Source: an uncultured Acidobacteriota bacterium
Lineage (GTDB): Bacteria > Acidobacteriota > Terriglobia > UBA7540
Assembly (NCBI GenBank): GCA_963804995.1
Contig: CAWDSK010000006.1
Location: forward strand, 224,001-288,000
DNA length: 64,000 nucleotides
Direction of reading: 5' to 3'
Shown here: piece after piece, positions 1 to 10,830 of the stretch
Layout: each line of letters begins with the position of its first letter
Position numbering within the stretch: the stretch's first letter is position 1
The notes under the pieces: generated by a model
The model's input: only the letters and a program-made list of their open reading frames with translations
Told to the model about the DNA's origin: nothing
Databases searched by the model: none
Program-made: the position numbers and the translations under genes

Positions 1-422
1 GTCTCGGTGGACACAGAAACCGGCAAGGTGAAAATTAACAAGATGGTGGCGGCGCAGGACTGCGGCCTCATCATTGACCTCAAGACGGCGGAAAGCCAGT
101 GCTATGGCGCGCTGATCATGGGCATCACCTACGCGCTCTTTGAAGAGAAGATCATGGACCGTGCGACCGGCCGCCTGCTGAATAACAACATGGAGTTTTA
201 CAGACTCGCCGGCATCGGCGACATCGGCGAACTGGTGGTCCACATGATGACCGGCCCCGGTTACGACGAACGGGGAACGATTGGGCTGGGTGAACCTCCG
301 GTGATTTCTCCGGGGGCCGCCATTTCCAATGCCGTGGCGAACGCGCTCGGGGTAAGAGTGCCGACGCTCCCGCTGACTCCTGACAAGGTGTTGGCCGCAC
401 TCGAGAAAGGAGGAGTTGCCTA

Positions 423-423
<1 letters not shown>
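1..423 (+). CDS. Xanthine dehydrogenase-family molybdopterin-binding subunit (C-terminal part; gene starts before the window)
   Basis: AAQDCG, GLGEPPVI and NAVANALGVR motifs typical of the XdhA/PaoC C-terminus. Confidence 0.9.
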
Positions 424-1409
<986 letters not shown>

Positions 1410-1411
1410 TT

Positions 1412-1630
1412 ATGCCTGAACCTACTCCTCACCCCAGTCAATCCCCGGAACGCTGCCGGCTGCTCCGCTCCAAGTGGATGTTTATCGGGGCAGAGCCTGA
1501 CCCGGCCGATCCCCGCACGGATAGCGGCATCTGCTGGTGTGTGCATACCCAGAATTGCCTGGGACCGGACGGCCAGGTCGTTACGCACGAGAACTGCACC
1601 GCTGCGCGGCCTTGCTACGAACCGCTGTAA
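1412..1630 (+). CDS. Small cysteine-rich hypothetical protein (72 aa), third gene of the Xdh-like operon
   Basis: ATG 2 nt after the upstream stop, AGGAGAGG RBS, six Cys (CRLL, CWC, NCLG, NC..PCY). Confidence 0.7.
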   Translation: MPEPTPHPSQSPERCRLLRSKWMFIGAEPDPADPRTDSGICWCVHTQNCLGPDGQVVTHENCTAARPCYEPL

Positions 1631-1772
1631 AGATCAGCCAGGGGGGCCGCCCACCGGAAAGGTCGAAAGACCACCGGATGCGGCGGCCCCCCCTGGTCCC
1701 TCCCCCGCTGATGAAAACGCCGACTGCTCTCCACCCTCTCCCCTATTTGTGTGAAAACGTCACGCACTCTTC

Positions 1773-1825
1773 GTAGGGGCACCCCTTATAGGCCCTGGTG
1801 GAGGGCACCCACGAGGGGCCCCTAC
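1773..1825. repeat. GTAG-type REP doublet
   Basis: GTAGGGGCACCCC...GGGGCCCCTAC inverted pair. Confidence 0.6.
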
Positions 1826-1941
1826 GAGACGTGTGGCCGCCACATTGACGGCAGACATTCGGGGGACTATGCTTTGGGAGACGAAAAAGATCTGGCCTGT
1901 TCACCATCAGACGTTGTCCATTTGAGGAGCGACCAAACGCC

Positions 1942-2610
1942 ATGAAGTTCGCGGTATCTGTGGTCTTGTGGCTGTCTCTGTGCCCGACGGGGGCTGGGCT
2001 GGGATTCGGCAGCTTGAAGGTCAGCGGTCATGAGGGAGTGCCCCTCCCAGGAGCGAAGGAGACTGCAGAACAAACCGGCCAGGTTCAAAAGAAGCCTCTC
2101 ACCAACGCAGATATAATCAGTATGGTTAAGGCTGGCCTCGCGGAAAGCACCATCGTCCTGGACATTCAGCTCAGCTCGACGGATTTCGACACGTCCCCCC
2201 CAGAGTTGATCTCACTCAAGAGTCACGGTGTCCCTCAAAAAGTTCTTGATGCCATGCTCACCGCGGGAAGCGCCAAGCCCATCCCACCCCCCGCGCCACC
2301 GGAGCATCCGCAGGCCATCAATACCAAAGGCAGTCCGCCTGACTTCCATAAGATCCGAAAGGTGTATTTAGAGATGGAATGGGCGATGGATGATGACGCG
2401 CGCCCGCGAGACATCAGGGCGATTGAGAAGCACACGTGCTTACGAGTTGTCGATACGCCGGAGGCTGCGGACGCCATTCTGAACTGGACGGTGCCGGGAT
2501 TTACGGGGGCCAGTCTGGTGCTGCTGAACAAGGACCGTCAACCACTCTGGGGCAGGAGTGGCATGACCCCGCCCCTCAAGGCGCTTAAGCAAGTTGTGGG
2601 CTGCCCGTAG
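1942..2610 (+). CDS. Secreted hypothetical protein
   Basis: GAGGAG RBS, signal peptide, PLTNADIISMVKAGL helical domain, Pro-rich linker. Confidence 0.7.
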   Translation: MKFAVSVVLWLSLCPTGAGLGFGSLKVSGHEGVPLPGAKETAEQTGQVQKKPLTNADIISMVKAGLAESTIVLDIQLSSTDFDTSPPELISLKSHGVPQKVLDAMLTAGSAKPIPPPAPPEHPQAINTKGSPPDFHKIRKVYLEMEWAMDDDARPRDIRAIEKHTCLRVVDTPEAADAILNWTVPGFTGASLVLLNKDRQPLWGRSGMTPPLKALKQVVGCP

Positions 2611-2774
2611 TAGAATCGTGCAGGAAGATAAACGAAGCAACGAGCAGAGTCCCGATTCACTGCGAAAGTCTGCGGACCTGCCGGACAGTTCCACGCTACG
2701 ATTGCTGAGTGTGTGATCCCAGTTGAGCCGGGGCACGGTAAACCGGCCGGCAAGTGTTAAAGGAGAATTCCACA

Positions 2775-3707
2775 ATGACTTCGCGAATCGCTCGTCGGCA
2801 GTTCTTCCAAACCGCGGGAGTGGGCGCCCTCGCCGGGGCAGGCCTGGCGCTTGCGGGGAAGGCGAATCCACCCGCCACGGCTTCTTCCCAATCTTCCCGC
2901 CTCTTGATTGGTTGCACCGCCTATTCTTTTGGCAAGCCCCTGGGCGCCGGAAAGATGACCATGGAGGACTTCATCCTCAAGTGCGTGGAGATGGGTGTGG
3001 GTGGCGCGGAGTTGACCGCATACTGGCTCAAGTCAACCGACCGCGATTACCTCATCGGCTTGCGTCACCTGGCTTTCAAGAACGGCGTGACCATCGCAGG
3101 CGTGGGAAGCGGTCCTGATTCGAGATTACATCTGCTCGAGCCCGACAAGGACAAACGCCGGGAATCCCAGGAAGAGATGAAGAGGTGGATCGATTTCACG
3201 GACACGCTGGGCGCTTCGCACATGCGAATTTTTGCCGGGTCGCTTCCTGACGGTGTTTCCCCCGCACAGGGAATGGACTGGGCGGTGGAATCCATGAAGG
3301 TGGTTTGCGATTACTCGGCCACCAAGGGCATCACGCTGGGCGTTGAAACCCATGGGGGGATCGCGCTCAAGGGTGAGCCGTCCATCGAACTCATTAGCCG
3401 CGTCGATTCTCCTTACGCCGGCTTGTCCCTCGACATCCAGCATCTCACCGGCGATCCGGACACGGACGAAGAGCGGTACAAACAAATCGACGCCTGCGCT
3501 CGTTACACCACACAAACTCATATCACGGACCATTTCGACAACAACCGTCCCATCGACCTCGACCGCATTTGGCAGATCTTCTCGAAACACGGATTCCGGG
3601 GTTACATGTCATTGGAGTACAACGACTCCAAGGGTGATGTTTTTACCGGTGCGCCGCGGTTGATTGAGCGGATGAAGGAACTGAGTAAGAAGTATTCCTC
3701 GGGCTAA
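2775..3707 (+). CDS. Sugar phosphate isomerase/epimerase (xylose isomerase-like TIM barrel), Tat signal
   Basis: RRQFF Tat motif, GVETHGG, SLEY; AGGAG RBS before ATG 2775. Confidence 0.85.
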   Translation: MTSRIARRQFFQTAGVGALAGAGLALAGKANPPATASSQSSRLLIGCTAYSFGKPLGAGKMTMEDFILKCVEMGVGGAELTAYWLKSTDRDYLIGLRHLAFKNGVTIAGVGSGPDSRLHLLEPDKDKRRESQEEMKRWIDFTDTLGASHMRIFAGSLPDGVSPAQGMDWAVESMKVVCDYSATKGITLGVETHGGIALKGEPSIELISRVDSPYAGLSLDIQHLTGDPDTDEERYKQIDACARYTTQTHITDHFDNNRPIDLDRIWQIFSKHGFRGYMSLEYNDSKGDVFTGAPRLIERMKELSKKYSSG

Positions 3708-3936
3708 GCACACTGCCGAGTGACGTAAATCTAAGTGCCTAGGCAGGCTCCGAAGCCCTGCGCCCGAGTGATCATAGCCCTCGGTCGCCGCGGCGACAGA
3801 GGGTGGCGTGCTGCCGGCGCCTTCACCAGCCGGAGCGCGACGGGTGAGGGGTTACTTCCGGCGGGTAATGAACCCAACCGCAGGTGCAGCATCTGGGCAT
3901 GTGTGCGCTTACCACATTCGGTTTATAGAGAACGGC

Positions 3937-4716
3937 TCATCTGTCTGTCGCCATGAAACTTGAAAATCCATAATTGGCGTTCTCACCCGTGGTCCCGTCG
4001 ATAAAGAACCCCATGCCCGGATTGCCGCTCTTAAAGGTATCGTCGGTGGTTTGGACCATCTGGACACCGTTGATGTAGACGGTGAGCACGTTTCCGATCA
4101 TCGTGGCCTTGACCACATCGCCATCCGCCACTCCGAATTTCGAACCCCCGGAATTTTTTACGTAGCTAAACTTTCCCAAGGGTCCTTCCCACCGCGCGAT
4201 ATTGCAGTAGGCGTCGGGCTTTTTTGAGCAGCGGAACATGACTTCATACCCCGTGCAGGTGTGGGGGGAAATGGTGCTCCGCAGGCGCAGCTCCACCTCT
4301 TCCCAGACCTTGTCGCTCTGGTTCTGGTTTACGGAGTGGACGGTGGCTTGGACGGTTTGGTTCGGCCCCCAGGTGCCCGTCAGGAGAGCCGCGGCATCGT
4401 CGTATTTTTGTGGCTCCGGTCTCAATCCGCCGATCTCCAGCCCATAGGCAAGCCCGGGACGTGTCCGCACGTCGGCCCAATCCAGACCATCCTTCTGGCC
4501 GTTTGACCAGTGGCCACCTTCAGAAATGGGATTCTCAGCGCGGGGGAAGTTGGTACTGTAAGGCCCGTGCGTCCCCGCGGGAGCAGAAGCGGCCGGCGGC
4601 ATGTTGGCGCTCCTCGTCACCAGCGGCCAGAGCGCTATAACCAGCGCGATTGCCGATGCTCCCAATGCGAGCTTGCGTTTCGCATCCCTGTAATCCATCC
4701 GTGAATACTGAGGCAT
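3937..4716 (-). CDS. Secreted or membrane-anchored hypothetical beta-sandwich protein
   Basis: GGAGG RBS before ATG 4716 and a hydrophobic N-terminal segment; the longer ORF start lies inside the adjacent IS end. Confidence 0.7.
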   Translation of the reverse strand: MPQYSRMDYRDAKRKLALGASAIALVIALWPLVTRSANMPPAASAPAGTHGPYSTNFPRAENPISEGGHWSNGQKDGLDWADVRTRPGLAYGLEIGGLRPEPQKYDDAAALLTGTWGPNQTVQATVHSVNQNQSDKVWEEVELRLRSTISPHTCTGYEVMFRCSKKPDAYCNIARWEGPLGKFSYVKNSGGSKFGVADGDVVKATMIGNVLTVYINGVQMVQTTDDTFKSGNPGMGFFIDGTTGENANYGFSSFMATDR

Positions 4717-4903
4717 ACGCCCTCCCGGCAGTTTTCGTCCTTGAGTGTTATTAAGCGGATTCACGTTTATCATATTCGGTGTCGCAGAGCAAGTCGCTCG
4801 CGCCTGGCGGGTGCGCGACATAAATGTAACGCTCTGGGCTGGCTCTTTTTTTGTCGCTTATATCCTAACGTATATGATACGTTAGGATAGAGGAGGCCTT
4901 AAC

Positions 4904-5308
4904 ATGCCCCAATCCCTTGACGTCCTGGAGAACCAACGGGCGGAGTTGATCCGCCAGATCGCCCAACTGGGTGACCTCCGCAGTGGTTCGATCACCAGCA
5001 TTACCGCCCGCTGCGGCAAGTCCAACTGTCACTGTCATCAGCCCCATCATCCCGGCCACGGCCCTAACTTCCGGCTCACTTACAAGGTGCAGGGCCGGAC
5101 CGTCAGCGAAACCTTCCCCAGCCCTGCCGCCCGGCACCAGGCGGAACGACAGATTGCCGAGTTCCGCAGGTTTCAACAACTGCGCCGGGCCTTCGTGGAG
5201 GTGAACGAAAAAATCTGCCGTCAGCGCCCCCTCCCCCAGGAGGCCGAAGCGGCGGAGCAGGAAAAAAAACGGCGGAAGCCATTCAGCGGGAAGTGGCGCG
5301 AGAAGTAG
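4904..5308 (+). CDS. IS accessory protein (DUF6788-like, zinc-binding)
   Basis: RCGKSNCHC...GHGP motif; first ORF of the IS. Confidence 0.8.
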   Translation: MPQSLDVLENQRAELIRQIAQLGDLRSGSITSITARCGKSNCHCHQPHHPGHGPNFRLTYKVQGRTVSETFPSPAARHQAERQIAEFRRFQQLRRAFVEVNEKICRQRPLPQEAEAAEQEKKRRKPFSGKWREK

Positions 5309-6621
5309 AGTCCCTGCTGGCGGTGATCTTTGCTGGGCGGCGCAAGTCCGGGACGCTGGATTTGGAAGCCGTCGAGATGGCCACACGCGCGGCCATGCAC
5401 CGGGCGGGGGCGGCGGTGCTGGAGGAGTTGCTGGCCGCCCCGGACGAGTGCCCTCGCCAAGTTCCCTGCGGCTGTGGTCGGGGGGCCCCCTACCGCGGCA
5501 GGCGTCGGAAGCAACTGCTGACCGTGCTGGGGCGGGTCGAGACCGAGCGTCCCTATTACGTTTGTCCGGCCTGTCACCGGGGACAGAGTCCCCGCGATCA
5601 GGAACTGGATGTGGAGGGCACGGAATATTCTCCTGGGGTGCGACGGATGATGGCGGTGGTGGGCAGCGAAACCTCCTTTGCGCTCGGTCGAGAACAACTG
5701 CAACTGCTGGCCGGGTTGGAGGTGACCACCAAGGCCGTGGAACGGCAGGCAGAGGCTCTGGGCGCCGAGATTGCCGCCCAGGAACAAGCCTCGATCCAGC
5801 AAGGCCTGCAACGGAACTTGCCGCAGGTGAGGGGACCGGAAATTCCGGTACTCTATGTGGAGATGGATGGGACGGGAGTACCGGTGGTGAGTTCGGAAAC
5901 CGAGGGTCGAGCGGGGAAACAGAGCGAGCAAGCGCGCCCGCGGGAAGTGAAATTAGGTTGTGTCTTCGCCCAGACGACACGGGATGCCCGGGGCCGACCG
6001 GCGCGCGAAGAAGGCTCCACCACCTACACGGGAGGCATCGAAACGGCCGAGGTTTTTGGGCGACGCATCTACCTCGAAGCATATCGTCGGGGCTGGAACC
6101 GGGCCCAAAAGAAAGTGGTGATCGGCGATGGTGCTCCTTGGATTTGGAACCTCACCGCCGAGCACTTTCCGGGAGCCATTCAGATTGTGGATCTTTATCA
6201 TGCCCGACAGCACTTATGGGAGCTGTCGGGCCAGCTCTGGCCCACCGACGAGCGCCACCGCCGAAGGTGGACCAGAAAACGGGAGGAGAAGTTGGAGAGC
6301 GGGCGGATCGAATCCCTAGTGCGCGATTTGCGCTCGCTGTTCCCAGCCACGCCCGAAGCCGCCGAACTCTTGCGCCACGCGGCAGATTATTTTACCGTCA
6401 ACGCCCAACGGATGCGCTATCCGACCTTTCGGCGTCAGCATCTGTTCGTAGGTTCCGGGGTCGTCGAAGCCGGCTGCAAAACCCTCATCGGCACTCGGCT
6501 GAAGCGCTCCGGTATGTTCTGGAGGGTCCGCGGGGCCAATGCCATCATCGCCCTTCGCTGCCATCGCTTGAGCGGCAAATTCGAGGATTACTGGGAGAAC
6601 CGTCGCCCCCGCGCGGCCTGA
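5293..6621 (+). CDS. ISKra4-family transposase
   Basis: YVEMDGTG, IGDGAPWI, VDLYHA, GSGVVEAGCK motifs. Confidence 0.9.
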   Translation: MAREVESLLAVIFAGRRKSGTLDLEAVEMATRAAMHRAGAAVLEELLAAPDECPRQVPCGCGRGAPYRGRRRKQLLTVLGRVETERPYYVCPACHRGQSPRDQELDVEGTEYSPGVRRMMAVVGSETSFALGREQLQLLAGLEVTTKAVERQAEALGAEIAAQEQASIQQGLQRNLPQVRGPEIPVLYVEMDGTGVPVVSSETEGRAGKQSEQARPREVKLGCVFAQTTRDARGRPAREEGSTTYTGGIETAEVFGRRIYLEAYRRGWNRAQKKVVIGDGAPWIWNLTAEHFPGAIQIVDLYHARQHLWELSGQLWPTDERHRRRWTRKREEKLESGRIESLVRDLRSLFPATPEAAELLRHAADYFTVNAQRMRYPTFRRQHLFVGSGVVEAGCKTLIGTRLKRSGMFWRVRGANAIIALRCHRLSGKFEDYWENRRPRAA

Positions 6622-7139
6622 CCCACACAGATTTGTCGCACACCCGCGCCTGGCTCTGCGCTGTCGGCTGTTGGCGGTTAGCCATCGGCCGGTAGGAGTT
6701 GGGCGATGGGACCTAGGCGCTGGGCGTCAGATCCTGAATCCTACGTGCCACCGGGTAACCTTTTCATAACATCACGTTCAGCGTTTTTCGGACCGTGGCT
6801 CTTCCCTCTGCGCCACGCCTCCCCCGCCATGACTGCCCTCACCGTGGAGGGTTGAACGCCCTGGCTCGTGGTGGTAATCTGCGGGCGTGTCAAACGTCCA
6901 CCGTCGGTACCTCACTGAGCGAATCTTCTTTGTCAACGTAAACCTTCATCCCAGGATCAGGCGATTTAACGAATCTGAATACGCCTTGCTTAATGAGCAT
7001 CAGGAGTACGTGCAACTGAATCCCGTGGAGAAAAGGCTGGTGAAGCGGGGGTAGCCACGGTGTCGCCGCGGCGACCCGTCGTGACCGTAGGTTCTTAGGG
7101 ATGAATTAGAGGCCCGACTTATATTCCAGGGAGGAAACC

Positions 7140-8150
7140 ATGATAAGCAACAAGTTTGATCGTCGATATTTCCTGAAGGCTGGCGGTGTGTCAGCACTAG
7201 GAACTCAGATGGCATTCGCAGGCAATCCTGCCCTGGGGCCAGAGTCAACGCCTGCAACCCCGCCGCATGAAAAGGGATTCCCCCAGCTCGCAATCCTTAC
7301 TCGGTACTCGCCACAGAAGTTGGCATTTGCCGCGTCTGCGGAATATCAAGGCGTAGTGATCAGCGTGGATCGTTTCTTTAATCCCAAGCTGTCGGATTCG
7401 CAGATTGATCAGATTCTCACTACCGCACGGCAGGCTAATCTCCGCATCATCAGTATCGAGTGCATGGATCCCAATCACATCGCGCGCGATCCCGCTAAGC
7501 GCCGTGAGGCGATCGCCGACTTCATCCAATACCTTGAATTGGGGCATCGCCTGGGGTGCAAATTTGTAGGTACCTTCAGCGGAGGCATGGCGGGAGCTTC
7601 CATCGAGGATCAAGCGAAGGCCTTGGCAGAGGTCTTCAATGAGCACTACTTGCCGGTCTGTGACAAGCTGGACATCACCATGGGATGGGAAAACTATCCT
7701 TGCGACACCAACTTTGCCACGGTTCCTGGCGCCTGGGAAAAGATATATGATCTCGTTCCCAGCAAGCGTCTCGGCCTTGAATTCGATCCTTCACATTTGG
7801 TGCGGCAGTACATCGACTATGTTCAAGCGGCTTGGGATTTCAAGGAAAGGATCCTGTCTGTACACGCGAAGGATACAGAGATCATCGAGCCGGTTCTGCA
7901 AAAGGTAGGAATTTATGGCAAGGGGTGGTGGCGTTACCGCATCCCCGGCCAGGGGTTAATCGATTGGCCGAAGTTTATTAATGTTCTCTTGCAGGCAAAT
8001 TACCAAGGCGGAATCGTGGTTGGGCATGAGGATCCTTTTTGGGATGAACCACCCAGTAACGACTCAGCGGAATTCCCCCAAGCTCGCAAAGATGGTTTCA
8101 TTCTTGCCTCGCGCTTTCTGCGCATGTTTTTGCCGGGGCGTTTGAGCTAA
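7140..8150 (+). CDS. Sugar phosphate isomerase/epimerase, Tat signal
   Basis: DRRYFLK, GLEFDPSHL, HAKD, WWRYRIPGQG. Confidence 0.85.
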   Translation: MISNKFDRRYFLKAGGVSALGTQMAFAGNPALGPESTPATPPHEKGFPQLAILTRYSPQKLAFAASAEYQGVVISVDRFFNPKLSDSQIDQILTTARQANLRIISIECMDPNHIARDPAKRREAIADFIQYLELGHRLGCKFVGTFSGGMAGASIEDQAKALAEVFNEHYLPVCDKLDITMGWENYPCDTNFATVPGAWEKIYDLVPSKRLGLEFDPSHLVRQYIDYVQAAWDFKERILSVHAKDTEIIEPVLQKVGIYGKGWWRYRIPGQGLIDWPKFINVLLQANYQGGIVVGHEDPFWDEPPSNDSAEFPQARKDGFILASRFLRMFLPGRLS

Positions 8151-8317
8151 TCCGAAGAGGAGCGGCTACGCTTAGCGTTTTTTGACCGTGCGGGCTTTCC
8201 CTTTGATGACGAACGGGAGCACGGGAATCCCGTAAGAACTCGGGACACGGGATACGGGACTCGGGATTCGGGGCTGGGGACTAGGTGGTGGGTGCTCGGG
8301 GTCGAAGGGCGCAACGG

Positions 8318-8683
8318 TCAAGGACGCGTAGGCCGGCGGTTCCGAATCTTGTGGTCCGATGCTACAACAAAACAGCCAGCCCACGAGCCCACATCTTCGG
8401 TTTCAAATATTATTCGCACGCGTTCGAGCAGCGCTCGGCGGGAAGGAATCCTCAGTCGCACGAGGAGCAAGCCGTGATGGGTGCCCGGAGTGAATCGTCG
8501 CACATCAGAAAAATCGAGGTCCTGCGTGATGAAGAATCGCCCCTCGCGCTGCGCGGCTTCCCACACCGTGACATCATTGGCACCGCCAAGCCTTTCCTGG
8601 GGGACGGTTTCGATATCATGACCGCGCGCAGCTAGAAGTGCGGAAAGACCCGCGGGCAGATTTTCGTCCAACTTGATATTCAT
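8318..8683 (-). CDS. PIN-like toxin (DUF5615 / VapC45 type)
   Basis: IKLDENLP and ITQDLDF motifs. Confidence 0.85.
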   Translation of the reverse strand: MNIKLDENLPAGLSALLAARGHDIETVPQERLGGANDVTVWEAAQREGRFFITQDLDFSDVRRFTPGTHHGLLLVRLRIPSRRALLERVRIIFETEDVGSWAGCFVVASDHKIRNRRPTRP

Positions 8684-8943
8684 CCGATGTGGGGCGCGGC
8701 GGGCGTGGGAAGATCCTCCTCGGCCGAGGCGGCGGCGAAGGCGATGGCTGATCTCAAATCCTCCGGTGCAAGCGACGGAAAATCCGCCAGGATTTGGTCG
8801 ATCGTGTCCCCTTCCGCTAAGCTGGCTAGAACGGTGCGCAAGGGTACCCGTGTTCCCTTGAACACCGGCTCACCCCCGCATACCTCGGGATCGCGTATGA
8901 TTCGCTCGCTATAGCGGGCAATATTGTTTTTGCTTGGACTCAT
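8680..8943 (-). CDS. DUF433 antitoxin
   Basis: DPEVCGGEPVFKGTRVP; 4-nt overlap with the toxin gene. Confidence 0.9.
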   Translation of the reverse strand: MSPSKNNIARYSERIIRDPEVCGGEPVFKGTRVPLRTVLASLAEGDTIDQILADFPSLAPEDLRSAIAFAAASAEEDLPTPAAPHIG

Positions 8944-9179
8944 TTTTCCCAGCTTCCCCCTCTGCTCGAATCATACCATCGAACCGGCAAGGACGCGAAT
9001 CACCCAGAGAGGTAGCGGCGAGTTCACCTCGCCATATGGCGGCGTCCCGATAAGATCGGGATAGATTCTGCCGCCTCTACACCAACCTGCAGCCGAATTG
9101 CAATTCCCCTCAAAATGTGGTAAAAAAGTCCATGCGCGGATCTTTCTGTAGGGAGGTCTGCTGGGTGGAGGATTTAAGT

Positions 9180-9851
9180 ATGAGGAATATCACGGGCTAT
9201 TTTGTTATTAGCCTGTTATTGCTATCTGGTTTGGCTGTTTCTGGCAAGGCGGCTATCAAAGGCGACTACCTGGAAGTCCGCAGCGCGGACGTTTACACGG
9301 GTCCCTGCTTTGCCAACTCAGAAGTGAATCTGATGGGCGACGAAGCGATTTTGGCCTGGAAAATTTCGGAAGGCAGTTGGAAGGGTGTCGACCTCGCAGG
9401 TCTGAGCGTAGTGGGCGTTGTAAAAGCCAAGGCCACGCTGGGCGATCCGTATACAAATCCCTATCCTGCCGAGTCCGTGTTAATCTTGGACTCCCGGGCC
9501 AGCAGCGCGCAGCGCACGGCGCTGAAGGATTTTGCCGCAGCGAATGCCGCGGGATTGCTGGACCACGTGGTGCGCGTTAACATCGCGCCCATCCAGTTGA
9601 CGGTCGAGCATGGCGATCAGCACGGCGTCGCGAAGTTGGTGGCGGGGAATCTGGCCCGCATTGAGACGCGCAGCCTCTGCTCCGGCGACCACTATTGTGG
9701 AAACGAGTTTGTCTACTATCCGCCTCTCGTCACGCTCGCTCACTCCATGCCGGCGTACACTTTGGACGATTCCTTCTCGGGCCAGGGTCTGGGTGTGGTT
9801 TGGAAGCATGTGGACAAGCGTAGCGCCTTCGTCGGGGCCTTTACCCTATAA
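9180..9851 (+). CDS. DUF1326-like secreted protein
   Basis: GDYLEVRSADVYTGPCFANSE motif; signal peptide after ATG 9180. Confidence 0.75.
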   Translation: MRNITGYFVISLLLLSGLAVSGKAAIKGDYLEVRSADVYTGPCFANSEVNLMGDEAILAWKISEGSWKGVDLAGLSVVGVVKAKATLGDPYTNPYPAESVLILDSRASSAQRTALKDFAAANAAGLLDHVVRVNIAPIQLTVEHGDQHGVAKLVAGNLARIETRSLCSGDHYCGNEFVYYPPLVTLAHSMPAYTLDDSFSGQGLGVVWKHVDKRSAFVGAFTL

Positions 9852-9876
9852 CAGTTCCGGTAACCAAAGTTTTATC

Positions 9877-9910
9877 AACGGGAAACTCTCTTGCGAGAGT
9901 TTCCCGTTTT
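9877..9910 (+). terminator. Rho-independent terminator-like hairpin
   Basis: AACGGGAAACTCTC-TTGC-GAGAGTTTCCCGTT followed by TT. Confidence 0.7.
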
Positions 9911-9946
9911 GTGTTTATAACATCTAATGAAGAAGGAGGCTTACTG

Positions 9947-10612
9947 ATGAAATTGTACCGTGCAATTGGATTGATCTTGGCAACTCAACTTTTGGTGGTG
10001 GCAACCGCCCTGGGCCAGGGTGGCTACAAGGTGGAAGCGATAGGCGCGGCGCCGGGGGACGTTCCGGCCGCGGTCCAAAGCCTTCTCGACTCGCAGGGAG
10101 CGCGCGTGGCCAATGACCAGGGCGCCCCGCTCTGTGAAGTTTGGCTGCGCAAGGCCATTCCCACCAGCTCGACCCCCGCATCAGCATCCGACATCATTAA
10201 TGGAGCATTAACGGAAGGAACTTTCCTGGGAGTCCTGCACTTCCCCACAGCGGGAGCGGACTTTCGGGGTCAGGCGATCAAGGCAGGCTTCTACACGCTG
10301 CGCTACGCTTTGATCCCCCAGGATGGAAACCATATGGGCGTGAATCCCTATCGCGATGCGCTGGTCCTCACTCCGGTCGCGGCTGACGCGACGCCTGACA
10401 AGGTGGCGACGCCGGACAACTTGATCAAATTGGGGCGCCTGGGGTCCGGCACGCCTCATCCCGGATTTCTGGTGGGCGCACAAGTGAACGGTGCCACGTT
10501 CCCCTCAGTCGTAAAGGACGATCAGGGCCACTGGAATCTACAGGTGAAAGGACATGCAGCAAGCGGAGACCTGCCCCTAGCCATCACCGTGGTCGGCAAG
10601 TGGGAAGGGTGA
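9947..10612 (+). CDS. Secreted hypothetical protein
   Basis: GGAGG RBS, signal peptide, DFRGQ..YTLRY..PQDGNHMG motif. Confidence 0.75.
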   Translation: MKLYRAIGLILATQLLVVATALGQGGYKVEAIGAAPGDVPAAVQSLLDSQGARVANDQGAPLCEVWLRKAIPTSSTPASASDIINGALTEGTFLGVLHFPTAGADFRGQAIKAGFYTLRYALIPQDGNHMGVNPYRDALVLTPVAADATPDKVATPDNLIKLGRLGSGTPHPGFLVGAQVNGATFPSVVKDDQGHWNLQVKGHAASGDLPLAITVVGKWEG

Positions 10613-10748
10613 GGACATTTGGGATTTTAGATTTTGGATTTTGGATTGAGGCCGTGAGCCTTCACCGTGGTTGGCACGTAGGAAGGGTGAGGGCATTTTC
10701 GATTTTAGATTTGCGATTTGCGATTTTCGATTTGTGATTTTCGATTGG
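10580..10748. repeat. Tandem 78-bp-period duplication of a gene 3' end, plus heptamer runs
   Basis: GCC(A/T)TCACCGTGGT..GGAAGGGTGAGG at 10580 and 10658; GATTTTG/GATTTGC heptamers. Confidence 0.75.
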
Positions 10749-10830
10749 TCCGCTGGGCGCAAGGGTGTTCATATAGGGAGTTTGTGAAGCGCCGGGCGGG
10801 AAGTTCCAAGATCGAACAGAAAGCAAGGTT

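Larger units (their letters stand above)
4809..6645 (+). mobile_element. ISKra4-family insertion sequence, two ORFs
   Basis: Imperfect terminal IRs GGGTGCGCGACATAAATGT / GGGTGTGCGACAAATCTGT; 9-bp TSD GCGCCTGGC at 4800-4808 and 6646-6654. Confidence 0.9.

Noticed and set aside
4865..6695. Long overlapping ORFs (405 aa on -, 415 aa on +) in the ISKra4 element
   Set aside because: GC-rich shadow frames with no recognisable motifs
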